From the NCBI RefSeq assembly GCF_001194135.2, contig NC_068999.1:36228111-36269643 (forward strand): DNA of 41,533 nt. The letters run 5' to 3'. The notes beneath the pieces are model-generated. The model had not been told where the DNA came from. It did not search any database and was given only the letters and a program-made list of their open reading frames with translations. The translations under genes were made by a program, and so were the position numbers. Source of the stretch: Octopus bimaculoides. Lineage: Eukaryota. This document shows positions 12,150 to 23,169 of this stretch, piece after piece; within the stretch, counting starts at the first letter, position 1; every line of letters begins with the position of its first letter.

Positions 12150-12605
12150 CACACGCCCACACACGTGACACATGATTCACCAAAAGGTGGCGAGCTGGCA
12201 GAAACGTTAGCACGCCGGGCGAAATGCTTAGCGGTATTTCGTCTGCCGCTACGTTCTGAGTTCAAATTCTGCCGAGGTCGACTTTGCCTTTCATCCTTTC
12301 GGGGTCGATTAAATAAGTATCAGTTACGCACTGGGGTCGGTATAATTGATTTAATCCGTTTGTCTGTCCTTGTTTGTCCCCTCTGTGTGTAGCCCCTTGT
12401 GGGTAGTAAAGAAATAACACGATTCACCAAAATACTGTTTCACAACGAACTGGCGGAAGTGAACACGATACACGCTACAAGGATGCATTCAAAGCCACAG
12501 TAAATAGCTTTGAGATCAACCCCGACACCAGAGAAACGCAAGCACAAGGCCACTCTACCTCGCGAAGCTCCACCCATAGGGGTGCCACGACGCACGAACA
12601 GAGGC
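12150..12605 (+). mobile_element. RTE-BovB-clade LINE, ORF C-terminal fragment interrupted by a SINE
   Basis: After removing the SINE and one TSD copy it translates DT(R)FTKILFHNELAE and, after a frameshift, RYKDAFKATVNSFEINPDTRETQAQGHSTSRSSTHRGATTHEQR. This matches the RTE tail pattern D.RLPK.LFYGEL...RYKD.LK.SLK.F.I.P..WE..AQDR..WR. Confidence 0.82.
12186..12416 (+). mobile_element. tRNA-derived SINE, family B, well-preserved full-length copy with 16-bp TSD
   Basis: Head GGTGGCGAGCTGGCAGAAACGTTAGC, B-box GAGTTCAAATTC, core GTCGACTTTGCCTTTCATCCTTTCGGGGTCGAT. TSD ACA(T/C)GATTCACCAAAA at 12170-12185 and 12417-12432. Confidence 0.92.
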
Positions 12606-12612
12606 ACACAGA

Positions 12613-12629
12613 CAGATAGATAGACAGAC

Positions 12630-12669
<40 letters not shown>

Positions 12670-12695
12670 GTAGATAGATAGATAGATGTAGATAG
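12613..12695. repeat. (GATA)n/(GACA)n tetranucleotide repeat
   Basis: Direct. Confidence 0.93.
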
Positions 12696-13084
12696 AGAGA
12701 AAGTAAGAAAGAGGAGTGAGAAAGAGAAAGAGGAGAGATAAATAGCTACATAAATACGCACATACATACAAACACACACACACACACACAAACACACACC
12801 CACTCACACACACATCCATATACGTATGTATTTGCATATGTGTGTATGTATATAAGTATTTTTCCTTAATGGTTAATCTTTCAGACACAAATCCGTCGCC
12901 AAAATATCCCGTTAATTATTAAAGACCGAGTTTAATTCCCTCTTAGCTGAAGGCAATTTAAATTGACGGATTAAATCTAATGTGCCATATTATTAATATT
13001 GAGAAGAGAGTAGTTTTAATGCCCACATGTACGAAGAAGATTTGGACTGCTTCGTTTCTAACTCTAGCGTAATTTTTATTTTTC

Positions 13085-13190
13085 TTGTTGTTGTTGATGA
13101 TGATGGTGATGTTTAACCCTAGGTAAGCCTGACTCAACAAAACAAAGATCAATTACATTCCAGCCATGATCATTCCGTCCATTTATAATA
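13085..13190 (-). mobile_element. Family D repeat, 3' part
   Basis: TTGTTGTTG...GTTTAACCCTAGGTAAGCCTGA...ATTCCAGCCATGATC is the reverse complement of the family D 3' end. Confidence 0.5.
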
Positions 13191-13799
13191 TCTATGGCTA
13201 GATCGAAGTACCTTGCAAAAGTTCCCTCGTTAGGCCTTGGGTACTGTTTAGAAGTGTTAGTAAAGAAACATGTCATAGTATTTGTAATCCAGTTTCGACA
13301 ATAAATTGAAAATTGTTTCACATTTTACAAAATTTCCTTTCGGTAGCCATCGCGAAGTAACACCAAGTAGAGGTTACTTCGTTAAAATTGGTTTCCTTCC
13401 TAAGTCTCTCAAAACTTACCAAGTAAAAAAATAGTTTTTCAAGCTTATGTGTTTTGTCCTTTTTTCTCTTTGTTTTTAAGTTACAAATTTAACGGTTTTG
13501 TACCAAAAGAATTTGTGATCGTAAACTCAGCGTACTTTCAGAAATATCGCTGAGAAAGAATCCCACTACAAAGTTCTTTGAAGTAGTTAAAACAATAACT
13601 AAAATTTAACCCTGACGTCAAAAATGGCATTACTTAACAATTCTCATAGTAGGGGATAAAAGGTGACATATTTTCGAATCTGGTCTCAAGCACTACGCTT
13701 TCTTCAATACCAAGTCACTTAGTGCTGGCTAACATCACGTGGCTTCAAAATCTTCTTTTCTTTTTGTTGGTCCAATAAAACATAGAATTTATGTTACAC

Positions 13800-13965
13800 T
13801 GGTACTTATTTTATTCATTCTTATTTGTCTATTGGCTACATATTCTTTTTGACACAGCATTAGTTCTTCGACCGATAGACATACACGCAGATACGGGCAC
13901 ACATATACGTGAGGGCTTCCCAAAGTTTCTATCAACCAACTTCCACTCAAAAGGTATTTCGATGA
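13800..13965 (-). mobile_element. SINE family A, highly degenerate
   Basis: GGGCTTCCCAAAGTTTCTATCAACCAACTTCCACTCAAAAGG aligns to the reverse complement of the family A body. Confidence 0.5.
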
Positions 13966-14884
13966 AGGGCATTCAGGCACTCGATCTACTAAAACTAATT
14001 ACTCGATTGTAAGTGGTTGTATATCACGTACACACGTGTACCCTTAATGTAATTGTCAGGCCGAATCAGTACATTACAATATGTCAAGGCTGGGCTTATG
14101 AATTACAAATACATGGAGAAAGAAAGAGGGGGTAATGGAGATAGAGAGAGGAAGTAACTGACCCACAACACAGAGCTGGTACCAAATAATCGGTTCTGAA
14201 ACAATGAAAACCAAAGCTGACCTTGTAAAATCACAATGTTTTTTACATGATACTCCAACGACTCTGTCGATCTGCAGCTTTCTACGATTTAGAAAACACA
14301 ATCCAGAGACAAAACCCATAGTCATTCAACGTATTAGAAATAGGTAGATTTCACTCAAACTGCATCATACTGTTTTTGAAGGAGACATTATACTATATAG
14401 ACGAGATGGCCATTGTTGATGATTCGATTTATGGCTCACGTTTAACCCTTTGGTGCAAAACAACAACATCTACAGCTGTCGAGTGGTCATCTTATATCCT
14501 ATTACGTAATTTCTCTCTGAAATTCTGTTGAATAATTCATTTGAACCACGTCAACTTTGAGTCGCCACCCGGTTCGATTGTTTACTTTTGAAGAAGCACA
14601 ATCTTTATAAAACCTAATATATCAAAATAGTAGATGATTTGTACAGGTGAAAAATCTGAGATATTAAATTGTCAAATATAACAGCTGAAGGAGTAACACA
14701 TCTAAATTAGTAAACCGTTCTTGAAAATAATCAGCAGTAGCAGCGCTAGCGGTCGTAAGAGCGCTGTTACAACATCAATGTATTAATCTAATATTTATGT
14801 AACAACTACTACAATAATTAAGTTGAAATTTCAGAATGAAGGCCAACCTGTTTATCTATTTATCTGTCTAACAGGTGTGACTTT

Positions 14885-14975
14885 GTGGCAACAGATTTGC
14901 GGCTCGTAATCATGAGGTTGTGAATTCAGTTCGTGGACCGGCAATACATGTTCTTGATCACGTTACTCCAGTCTA
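14885..14975 (+). mobile_element. SINE family C head fragment
   Basis: AATCATGAGGTTGTGAATTC...GTTCTTGA is shared with the reverse complement of 901-1220. Confidence 0.55.
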
Positions 14976-15499
14976 CAGAATGCCATTAAGTATCAGCCGA
15001 GTGCAGATGCAGTCTTATCTCTTTCCAGCCTGTACATCTCTTATCTCTTTCCGGCTTTTACATCTTGAGTCAAGACAAGGAGGAATAGAAGATGCCTGCT
15101 CGCGACTAGATACAATTAAAGAAAGCGTGATACGTCGCAAATAGAAAGTGAATGAAGGAGCCTATATATGGTCAACCTACCTGCAAGAAATGGGTGACAT
15201 TTCATTTCTCCCTCAAACTACATCGTTTGTTCGGAATAAACGATGTAGGGACACTGCATTTCGTTATATAACCATAATATACTACAAAGTATATTAAACA
15301 CATTGTAAGTCAATACCTACCGTGTTAACAGCAGTTATTAAAACACTTTTAAGGTTAGCTCTACAGTAGGACACAGTATTAACTCATAAATCGTTTATTA
15401 TAATTTGCAGTCTATTATAGTGGCATAACGAAATACGGTGTCCCTCAAGTCTTTATTATTTACGTACCAGCTGCCAGGAATGCGTTTAATATGTAAAAT

Positions 15500-15690
15500 T
15501 GGAGCTGGCAGAATCGTTAAGCGACATGCCTAGCGGTATTTCGTCCGTCTTTATTTTCTGCGTTGAAATTACACCGAAGTCGATATTTTCTTTCCTCCTT
15601 TCGGGTCGAAAAAATAACTACCAGTTGAATACTGGGGTCGATGTAATCCTCCCAAAATTGTTGACCTTGTGCCAAAATTTGAAATCAGTA
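15500..15690 (+). mobile_element. SINE family B
   Basis: GAGCTGGCAGAATCGTTA...TAGCGGTATTTCGTC...ACTGGGGTCGATGTAATC...CCTTGTGCCAAAATTTGAAA. Confidence 0.82.
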
Positions 15691-16061
15691 TGTAAAATCG
15701 GTATATCTAATAGTGTCGCAGTGCTATACATGGTAGCTATTGAAGCAATGAGTCCGTGGGTGGTTAATGGGTTGCAAGTGGTGATAAGTTAGGAGCAAGA
15801 ACTCCTGAAATATGCTCATTACCTATTTTTCCATCTTCGATTCAATTGCATTGTTTATCTTAGACGTATTTGGAAACGAAACGTCGTAACAAGTCAGTGT
15901 TACTTACAATTTCTATGGAAAATCTGTACAGATAACATTAAGAAGGAACGATCATCATTTAGAACACCATTAATAAAATAGGTCACCTCGATAAGAGCTG
16001 ATCAGGAGCAAAACAACAAGAACTTCTCTGTGGCGTTTACCTATTTTTACAAAGCTGAGAA

Positions 16062-16411
16062 GTGGAGGCGCAATGGCCCAGTGGTTAGGTCAGCGGACTG
16101 TGAGTGTTTATTGAGCGGACTGTGAGTGTTTATTGAGCGAAAACACCTAAAGCTCCATGAGGCTTCGGCAGGGGATGGTGGCGAACCCTGCTGTACTCTT
16201 TCACCACAACTTTCTCTCACTCTTACTTCCTGTTTCTGTTGTGCCTGTAATTCAAAGGGTCACACTGTGTCACGCTGAATATCCCCGAGAACTACGTTAT
16301 GGGTACACGTGTCTGTGGAGTGCTCAGCCCACGTTAATTTCACGAGCAGGCTGTTCCGTTGATCGGATCAACTGGAACCCTCGACGTCGTAAGCGACGGA
16401 GTGCCAACAAA
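16062..16411 (+). mobile_element. tRNA-derived SINE, family E, B-box region replaced by a 22-bp tandem duplication; 11-bp TSD
   Basis: A-box-like TGGCCCAGTGGTTAGG. AGCGGACTGTGAGTGTTTATTG x2 at 16092-16135. TSD AAAGCTGAGAA at 16051-16061 and 16412-16422. Confidence 0.85.
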
Positions 16412-17120
16412 AAAGCTGAGAAATATATTCTTCGGCGATCATATTTCTCGCAAGAAAATTCTTCTTCAATCGGAAATTGAAACAGAAACGCAAGTTTCAT
16501 TCGATTGTCATTGATTTCTTACTCAATGACGCTCATTTAAACGGGGTACTTTTATAATTTTTTTTTTTTCATTCTTCAAAAAATTCTTCTACTACTACAT
16601 TTTTTCTTTATCAATATGGTAACTTGTCAATTATTCATTAACAAGATAATAAAAACTAAAAGTATAGACATTGATGTAGTGTCTGCTAGCTTAGTCAGTT
16701 TCTATGTTTAGATTTGGAGAAGTTATAAGTGTTATAAGTTCATAATGCCGGTTCAACTCTTAATGAAATTGGCTGTCATTGACAGATCATGTGACTACTA
16801 CTACTGCTCAGCAGCAACAACTACTACTACCGCTACTACTACTACTCAGCAGCAACTACTACTACTACTATAACTTGCATATTATCTCTCAAATAACCAC
16901 TGTTCTCTTCTATCGAATATGTTAAGTTCTTATACACGTTGTATATATCCCAGATGAATTCGGCATTTAATGGTGTTGGCTGGTGTATTTCTCTGTGAAT
17001 TTGAATATATGAACGTGAATAAGTCTGCGAGCAGGTCTTTCGTTGCGTGTATAAGATTATGCTTGTCTGTGCATGCATGTAGTTCTCTCTCTCCCTCTCT
17101 CTCTCTCTGTATATATATAT

Positions 17121-17205
<85 letters not shown>

Positions 17206-17509
17206 NNNNNNNNNNNNNNNNNNNNNNNNNNNNNNNNNNNNNNNNNNNNNNNNNNNNNNNNNNNNNNNNNNNNNNNNNNNNNNNNNNNNNNNNNNNNNNN
17301 NNNNNNNNNNNNNNNNNNNNNNNNNNNNNNNNNNNNNNNNNNNNNNNNNNNNNNNNNNNNNNNNNNNNNNNNNNNNNNNNNNNNNNNNNNNNNNNNNNNN
17401 NNNNNNNNNNNNNNNNNNNNNNNNNNNNNNNNNNNNNNNNNNNNNNNNNNNNNNNNNNNNNNNNNNNNNNNNNNNNNNNNNNNNNNNNNNNNNNNNNNNN
17501 NNNNNNNNN

Positions 17510-17550
<41 letters not shown>

Positions 17551-18449
17551 GGGTATGTGTTTCTTTGTATGTGGTTGCGATGTGTATTTAGAAGTGTATG
17601 ATTGTATATATGTGTGCGAGTTTGTTTTGATATGATCGGTTTTGTGAATGCAAGCGTGTGTATATGTTAATATGTGTCAGCGTGTGTGTGCATGTGTTTC
17701 CGTATATATGTGTATATATACCGTAATTTTCAAATGCGAAACATGGAGAACCATTAAATGCCTGTCAACTAAATCAAAGTTTTTCTTTGAATTATTATTC
17801 TGCTTTATTAAAGGTGTTCAGGTGATGTGACTAGTAAATAATTTGACATATATAACTAGACAGATATCGTTTGTGCTTCTACATAAAGAATCTATATAAT
17901 TCTTTTGGAGAGTTTCCTCAACTTCGAGGAATTTTCAGCTTGTATATTTTTAATGAAAATAACTGAGATGTTTTGGAATATTTGTGCGAGCGATAAAATA
18001 TGGTACCTGCCAAGAACTGCGTATTCTTAAAACCCTTATTCACCTCCCTAGTAATAGATGTCATTTTGTGACTAAATAGAACACCGTTATTTGACAAAAG
18101 AAAATGGTGATTAACAGGGTGGAAAAAAATAATCTGGAGCGTATTAATTCCAACTGAGATCGACTTTGCATGTTGCCTTCATGGTTCTATTAAAATGAGT
18201 GCCAATTACAAGTCTGAACGGGAGAAAGCAAAATTCAAAAGATCTCAACAGTCTGCATGGTCAATGCATGGGAGGACGAAAGCCCAGAAAAACGAATTTT
18301 GAAAACGTTAAAGGGAAAATAATGTGGAAAGCGGTCACTAAATACATTTATCTATGGTTTTGAAAGAAAGTGCGTTATAATATGCTTACTTTTATTATCG
18401 CACACCAGAATAGCAAACGCAAGCAAGATATGATGTGCACATTTACTTA

Positions 18450-18845
18450 CAAGTCAGTTGCTAGACTTTAACCAGATGAGTAGTCCCTTAATGGTTGACG
18501 ATATGTGCATCTATGATCATGAGCGGGAGTAGAGGAGGAGCATCATATCCTTGTCCTGAGAAGAATTATTTTGGGTTTGAATAATTCACCGCTGGAAACA
18601 TGGGTGATTTGCTCATTATCCTTAAACAAACTTTATTCAAGGAATTTTTGAGCGGGATGGGCTACTAGACCTGAACAAGGTCTCGAGTTGTTTATATTGA
18701 TATGAAGTCACCACATCTCGCACATATGGTTGTGATGCATGTGCCTAAGTTACCTTTATCAGGCAGGTAGTCATGATGGGTATATTGGGATTCCTATATT
18801 CATACCCCAGTGTCATGTTCATGGACCCGTTACTCTCTCAATCAA
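18450..18845 (+). mobile_element. Probable interspersed repeat (non-LTR 3' region-like)
   Basis: GC-richer block resembling a recurrent octopus repeat from memory. Single copy in the window, unverified. Confidence 0.35.
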
Positions 18846-18856
18846 TTATAAGAAAA

Positions 18857-19052
18857 GTAATAATCCTTTCTACTAAAGGGACAAGGCTTGAAATTTTGTG
18901 GGATTGGACTAGTCGATTACATCTACCCCAGTCTTCAACCGGTACTTAATTTATCGACCCTTAAAGGATAGAAGGTAAACTCGACGTCGGCGGAATTTGA
19001 ATTCAGAACGTCAGAACGAAATGTTGCTAACGATTTTGCCAGCTTGCCTCGT
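18857..19052 (-). mobile_element. SINE family B (cluster copy 1)
   Basis: Reverse complement of the B head and core, with an internal deletion; tail ...AGTAGAAAGGATTATT. Confidence 0.82.
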
Positions 19053-19079
19053 TAGGGAAGGTATTTAATAATGAAACAA

Positions 19080-19298
19080 TATAATCCTTTCTACTATAGG
19101 CACAAGGACAGAAATTTTGGGGGAGGGGGTAGTCGATTAGACCGACCTCAGTACGCAGCTGGTACTTAATTTATCGACCTCGAAAGGATGAAAGGCAAAG
19201 TCGACCTTGGTGGAGTTTGAACTCAAAACGTAAAGACAGACGAAATACCGCTAAGCATTTCACCCGGCGAGCTAACGATTCTGCCAGCTTACCGCCTT
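19080..19298 (-). mobile_element. SINE family B (cluster copy 2), full length
   Basis: The reverse complement begins AAGGCGGTAAGCTGGCAGAATCGTTAGC; the core is intact. Confidence 0.9.
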
Positions 19299-19402
19299 AA
19301 TGAATCAATATATTGAACTATGTCTTCTACATCACCAAAATTTTTGCTTATCGATAGCAAATCATACAATAAGTTTTTATTATTATTATATTGAAAAACA
19401 GT

Positions 19403-19618
19403 AAGGCTGCGAACTGGCAGAATCGTTAGCATATCGTACAAAATGCTTAGCGGCGGCATTTCTCTTTAGACTCTGAGTTCAAAAGCAACCGCAGTGGACT
19501 TTGTTTTTCATACTTTCTGTTCGATAAAATAAGTACCAGTTAAACACTGGAGTTGATGTTATCGACTTACCCTTTCCCTCGAAATTGCTAGCCATGTGCC
19601 AAAATATGAAACCATTAT
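19403..19618 (+). mobile_element. SINE family B (cluster copy 3)
   Basis: AAGGCTGCGAACTGGCAGAATCGTTAGC...GAGTTCAAA...CGATAAAATAAGTACCAG. Confidence 0.87.
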
Positions 19619-19625
19619 ATTTAAG

Positions 19626-19850
19626 AACAGTGAGCCGGTTGAATCATTAGCGTGCTGGTTAAAACGTTTAGCAGTATGTTCTCTGGTACTTTATGTCCTG
19701 AATTCAAAATCTGTCGATACCCACTTTGCCGTTCATCCTTTCGAAAGTCGATAATGTACCAGTCAAGTAATGGATCGATATAATCGAATTCAACAAACCC
19801 CCCAACCCCTAAAATTGCTGGCCGTGTACCAAGATTCAAAACACTAATAT
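19626..19850 (+). mobile_element. SINE family B (cluster copy 4), diverged
   Basis: GAATCATTAGCGTGC...CTTTGCCGTTCATCCTTTCG...AAATTGCTGGCCGTGTACCAAG. Confidence 0.8.
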
Positions 19851-20514
19851 TGTAAATAAATATACTCGAAGTATCTCGCATTCCTTCGCTATTTTGACAT
19901 GTAAGAAGCAAAAAAATATTTAAAATATTATAATATGCATCTAAAAACAAAATCCATTTTCAAACTATAAATAAATGCTTTTAAGACCATTTTTCCATTT
20001 TATTCTCCCTTGAAATAGTTACTTTGACGTAGCATAATAAAAAGAGTTAATATGTTTTGTTTCTCAAATAAATTCCATTCTAAAGCTACCGTTTTCCCTA
20101 AAATAGTTATTCTGATGTACCATGATAAAAAAAGTAAATGCTACCATATGTTTTTCGAATAAACTCACTTTTAAATTTGTGAATAAATGTTTTTAAGCAA
20201 ATTTACATTTTTTTTTCCTATTTCAAACTTCAGTGTTTCAAGCTTTTTGTTTTTTAAGCTTCAGTCTTTTTGTGTTCAGGCTTACGATACAAACCAGATA
20301 AAATGTACTATTGAAATCACATTTGAATTTATTTGAACGTTGTCTCACTATTATATTTGTGGTATCATATCCAGCTTTGTTTGAATTGTTCTCTGCAGTA
20401 CAGAGACGTTTTCTGCAGAATGTTAGATTAAATGAAGTTGCTAGTCCTTACTTCTCACAATCTTCTCACCAATTCTGACAGAAATCAACTTGAACATTTT
20501 TACTTATATTTTAC

Positions 20515-20625
20515 TGCCCCCGGAGGTGTGAACGGAAAAAATTGTCACTGCGGAATTTGAACTTAAAACGCAAGGAGCGGAACATATTCATACAAGAAAT
20601 TTGAGCGACTTTATTGCGTCTGACT
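20515..20625 (-). mobile_element. SINE family B fragment
   Basis: GCGGAATTTGAACTTAAAACG is the reverse complement of the family B B-box region. Confidence 0.55.
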
Positions 20626-20627
20626 TA

Positions 20628-20796
20628 GAAAGTTGTGTGGTCAAAAGCTCGACTTGCAACCATGTGGTTTCTGGTTCAGTCCCACTGCGTAACACCTTGA
20701 GCAGGTGTCTCCTGGACGAAATTGGTAGATGGAAACTGTATGGAAACCCGTCGTAAATAGATAGATAGATAGATAGATAGATACATAGATAGATAG

Positions 20797-20833
<37 letters not shown>

Positions 20834-20965
20834 CCCCCTACCACTTAAAATCTGATGCTGGTAAGTCTACATTCATATAACTTAGGGATTCAGTAAAAAA
20901 AAACCGATAGGCTAATTAACAGACTTAAATGAAAATAAGTGTTAGGGTGAATTTGTTCAACTAAT
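20628..20965 (+). mobile_element. SINE family A with internal (GATA)n(GT)n
   Basis: Head TGTGTGGTCAAAAGC...GGTTCAGTCCCACTGCG, then AAACCCGTCG plus repeats, then the 3' half. Confidence 0.8.
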
Positions 20966-21169
20966 CATAGCTGATTATTTGATGGAGAAATTATAAAGTA
21001 GCACAAAGAACTGTGCATTCGAATACATCGTGTTCGATTCCAGTTTCAAATCACAGCCTTCTTTGTCATAGATCTGGCTATTGTTCTTAAAATAAAAATC
21101 AGGGTCGCTGGTGTTATTTAACACAAGTCATCTGCAGTCGAATAGAGTTATGCTATTTAACAACCTGTT

Positions 21170-21305
21170 GGTAACAATCCTGTCATTTTTTTTATATGTA
21201 GAACTGTAATATCTAATGTTCCCTTTTCTTATTAAGACAATGGAGTACGTTCTGAGAGACTATTAGCTGCTATTTGTAGCATGTCCATCGAGAACTACAT
21301 GCTCT
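21170..21305 (-). mobile_element. Family D repeat, degenerate
   Basis: TTAGCTGCTATTTGTAGCATGTCCATCGAGAACTACAT is the reverse complement of the family D start. Confidence 0.45.
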
Positions 21306-22289
21306 TTCATTTTTCTCGTTCCTTCTTTTTGTGACCATCACTACCTCCATCTCCACGGCTCTCTGTCACAGACGTCGGCACACCTCTCACCGGCGTCAGC
21401 TAGTCTTGTTGAAGTATCGTATTCGTTTCACGAAAAGGCGTAATACTTTTCGCGTCGTTTTCGTGTGATTTCCACTGAAAAATCTGACGTCTAATGGAAT
21501 TTTAATATTAAACCAGACAAATATTTTTCCAAATATTATATGACATTTTTGACAACTTCAGAAAAAAAAATCGTTATATTTGGTGAAGATCTCTTCTCAA
21601 CATTAAGTCCCTGCTGTATGTAACTAGCCGAAGTGCTTGCATAAATTTCCTCATATAACGCTTCACTTGACAATAAATTTAAAATGAGATCTCTTTTACT
21701 TTTCCTTTCTGTCTTCTAGTTCTACGTTTATTATTCTTTTCGCTCAGTCGTGTTTTCTTTTCCTTTTTCTTTTCCATTTTTTTTCTCTTCCATTCTGTCT
21801 CTCCGCTGTTATAAACGCTATAAAACTGCTATAAAACAAATGAGATTCTCTCTTAAATCAAAGTAGAAGCGGTTTCATATATTACTTCGACGGCTGAGTT
21901 TATTCAGTAAAGTAACTGGCTTATAGACTTGTGATGAGATCGTATTTTTGCAAGACTCTGGTTTCAGGACAAGGCATTTAATTCTAACTGCCCCAAATCA
22001 TCACAAAAGTGTTGTAGGAAAGTTAGCATAGTTAAACGTTTAGCATAGTTAAACGTTCTTTAGGCTACAGCAACACGAATTAAGTGTTACTGGTAAAACT
22101 GCTAATATGAACGTATTAAAATTTTCTCAGTGTTTTCCAATCATTGTGCGTTCATAATTTACTAAATACCATTTCTCTGTGTTCGTTGACAAGATATTGT
22201 TTGTATTTTTTTTCCTTCTGAGGCTTAGTTCACTAAAAAAAACAATAGAATGTTGCTATCCAATGTCTTTTCAACTCCTAATTGTTCTA

Positions 22290-22485
22290 CCTTTTCGCTT
22301 GTTGACTGCAGCCATGCTGGAGTACCGTCTTGAAGGATTTTGGTTGAACAAATCGACTCCAGTACCTATATTTAAGTTTTAAATCTGTTACATATTCTAT
22401 CGTCTCTCTTGTCTTACAGCTATGATACGAGGGCGTAAACATACCAACACCGACTGTCAGCGGTGGTAGGGATTGACACAAACAT
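22290..22485 (-). mobile_element. SINE family A, 3' half
   Basis: GACTGCAGCCATGCTGGAGTACCG...AACAAATCGACTCCAG...GTAAACATACCAACACCG. Confidence 0.75.
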
Positions 22486-22539
22486 AAAGATGCGCGCGCG
22501 CGCATACACACGTATGCATGTACGTATGCGTATTAGTTC

Positions 22540-22625
22540 GTATGTGTATTAGTTTAACGCTCGGGAAGAATGGAAAAGTCTTTGACGTTTCGAGCCTACG
22601 CTCATCGGGAAAAAGACTGAGAGGG
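22540..22625 (-). mobile_element. Penelope-like element terminal fragment with hammerhead-like motif
   Basis: The minus strand reads CCCGATGAGCGTAGGCTCGAAACGTCAAAGACTTTTCC...CCCGAGCGTTAAACTAATAC, similar to 3129-3190. Confidence 0.55.
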
Positions 22626-22871
22626 GAAAAAACATGGAGAACGAAAAAAAATGGAGAGAGAAAAAAATGTTTAGGGGCTAATGGTTCGACATAAAAAAAT
22701 GTATACACACACACAGACACGCACGCACACACACACGCACACACACACACACATACATATATATATATAATACACGCACGCACGCACACCTGTTAACAGA
22801 ATTATTCCCTTAAATGAACCGTTTTAAAGGTCTCTTAATCACATAGAAATAAAGCGCAAATCTAATTTATT

Positions 22872-23050
22872 GTTAATGTTGTTGTTTAGCTCTGGACCAC
22901 TTCTGATCGAGTAGAACTTTGATCGAACACATTTCAGTCATGAACATCACATCTTTTACCTTTAGAATGCAATGAACCTAAAATTCCATTAGTCATCTAT
23001 AAAGACATGCAATGCTTTATAAAGAAGATTTAGCTTCTTATAACAGAGCA
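22872..23050 (-). mobile_element. Family D repeat, 3' part
   Basis: TGTTGTTGTTTAGCTCTGGACCACTTCTGATCGAG...TTTGATCG...TTTCAGTCATGA. Confidence 0.5.
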
Positions 23051-23169
23051 AGATATATTCGCGTCCTACTGGGGCTCATTTCCTTGAAATTATTGAAATC
23101 CCTTGTATCCATCAATGAGTGATAAGCATTATTGAGATTTAACGAGTAGGGAACTGTCGATTATAAGGA

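Noticed and set aside
13353-13381. 9-bp hairpin CGAAGTAAC/GTTACTTCG
   Set aside because: Isolated, with no terminal signature; stems of this size occur by chance.
12186-16411. tRNA-like A/B boxes as possible tRNA genes
   Set aside because: No complete cloverleaf; each continues into a repeated SINE body.
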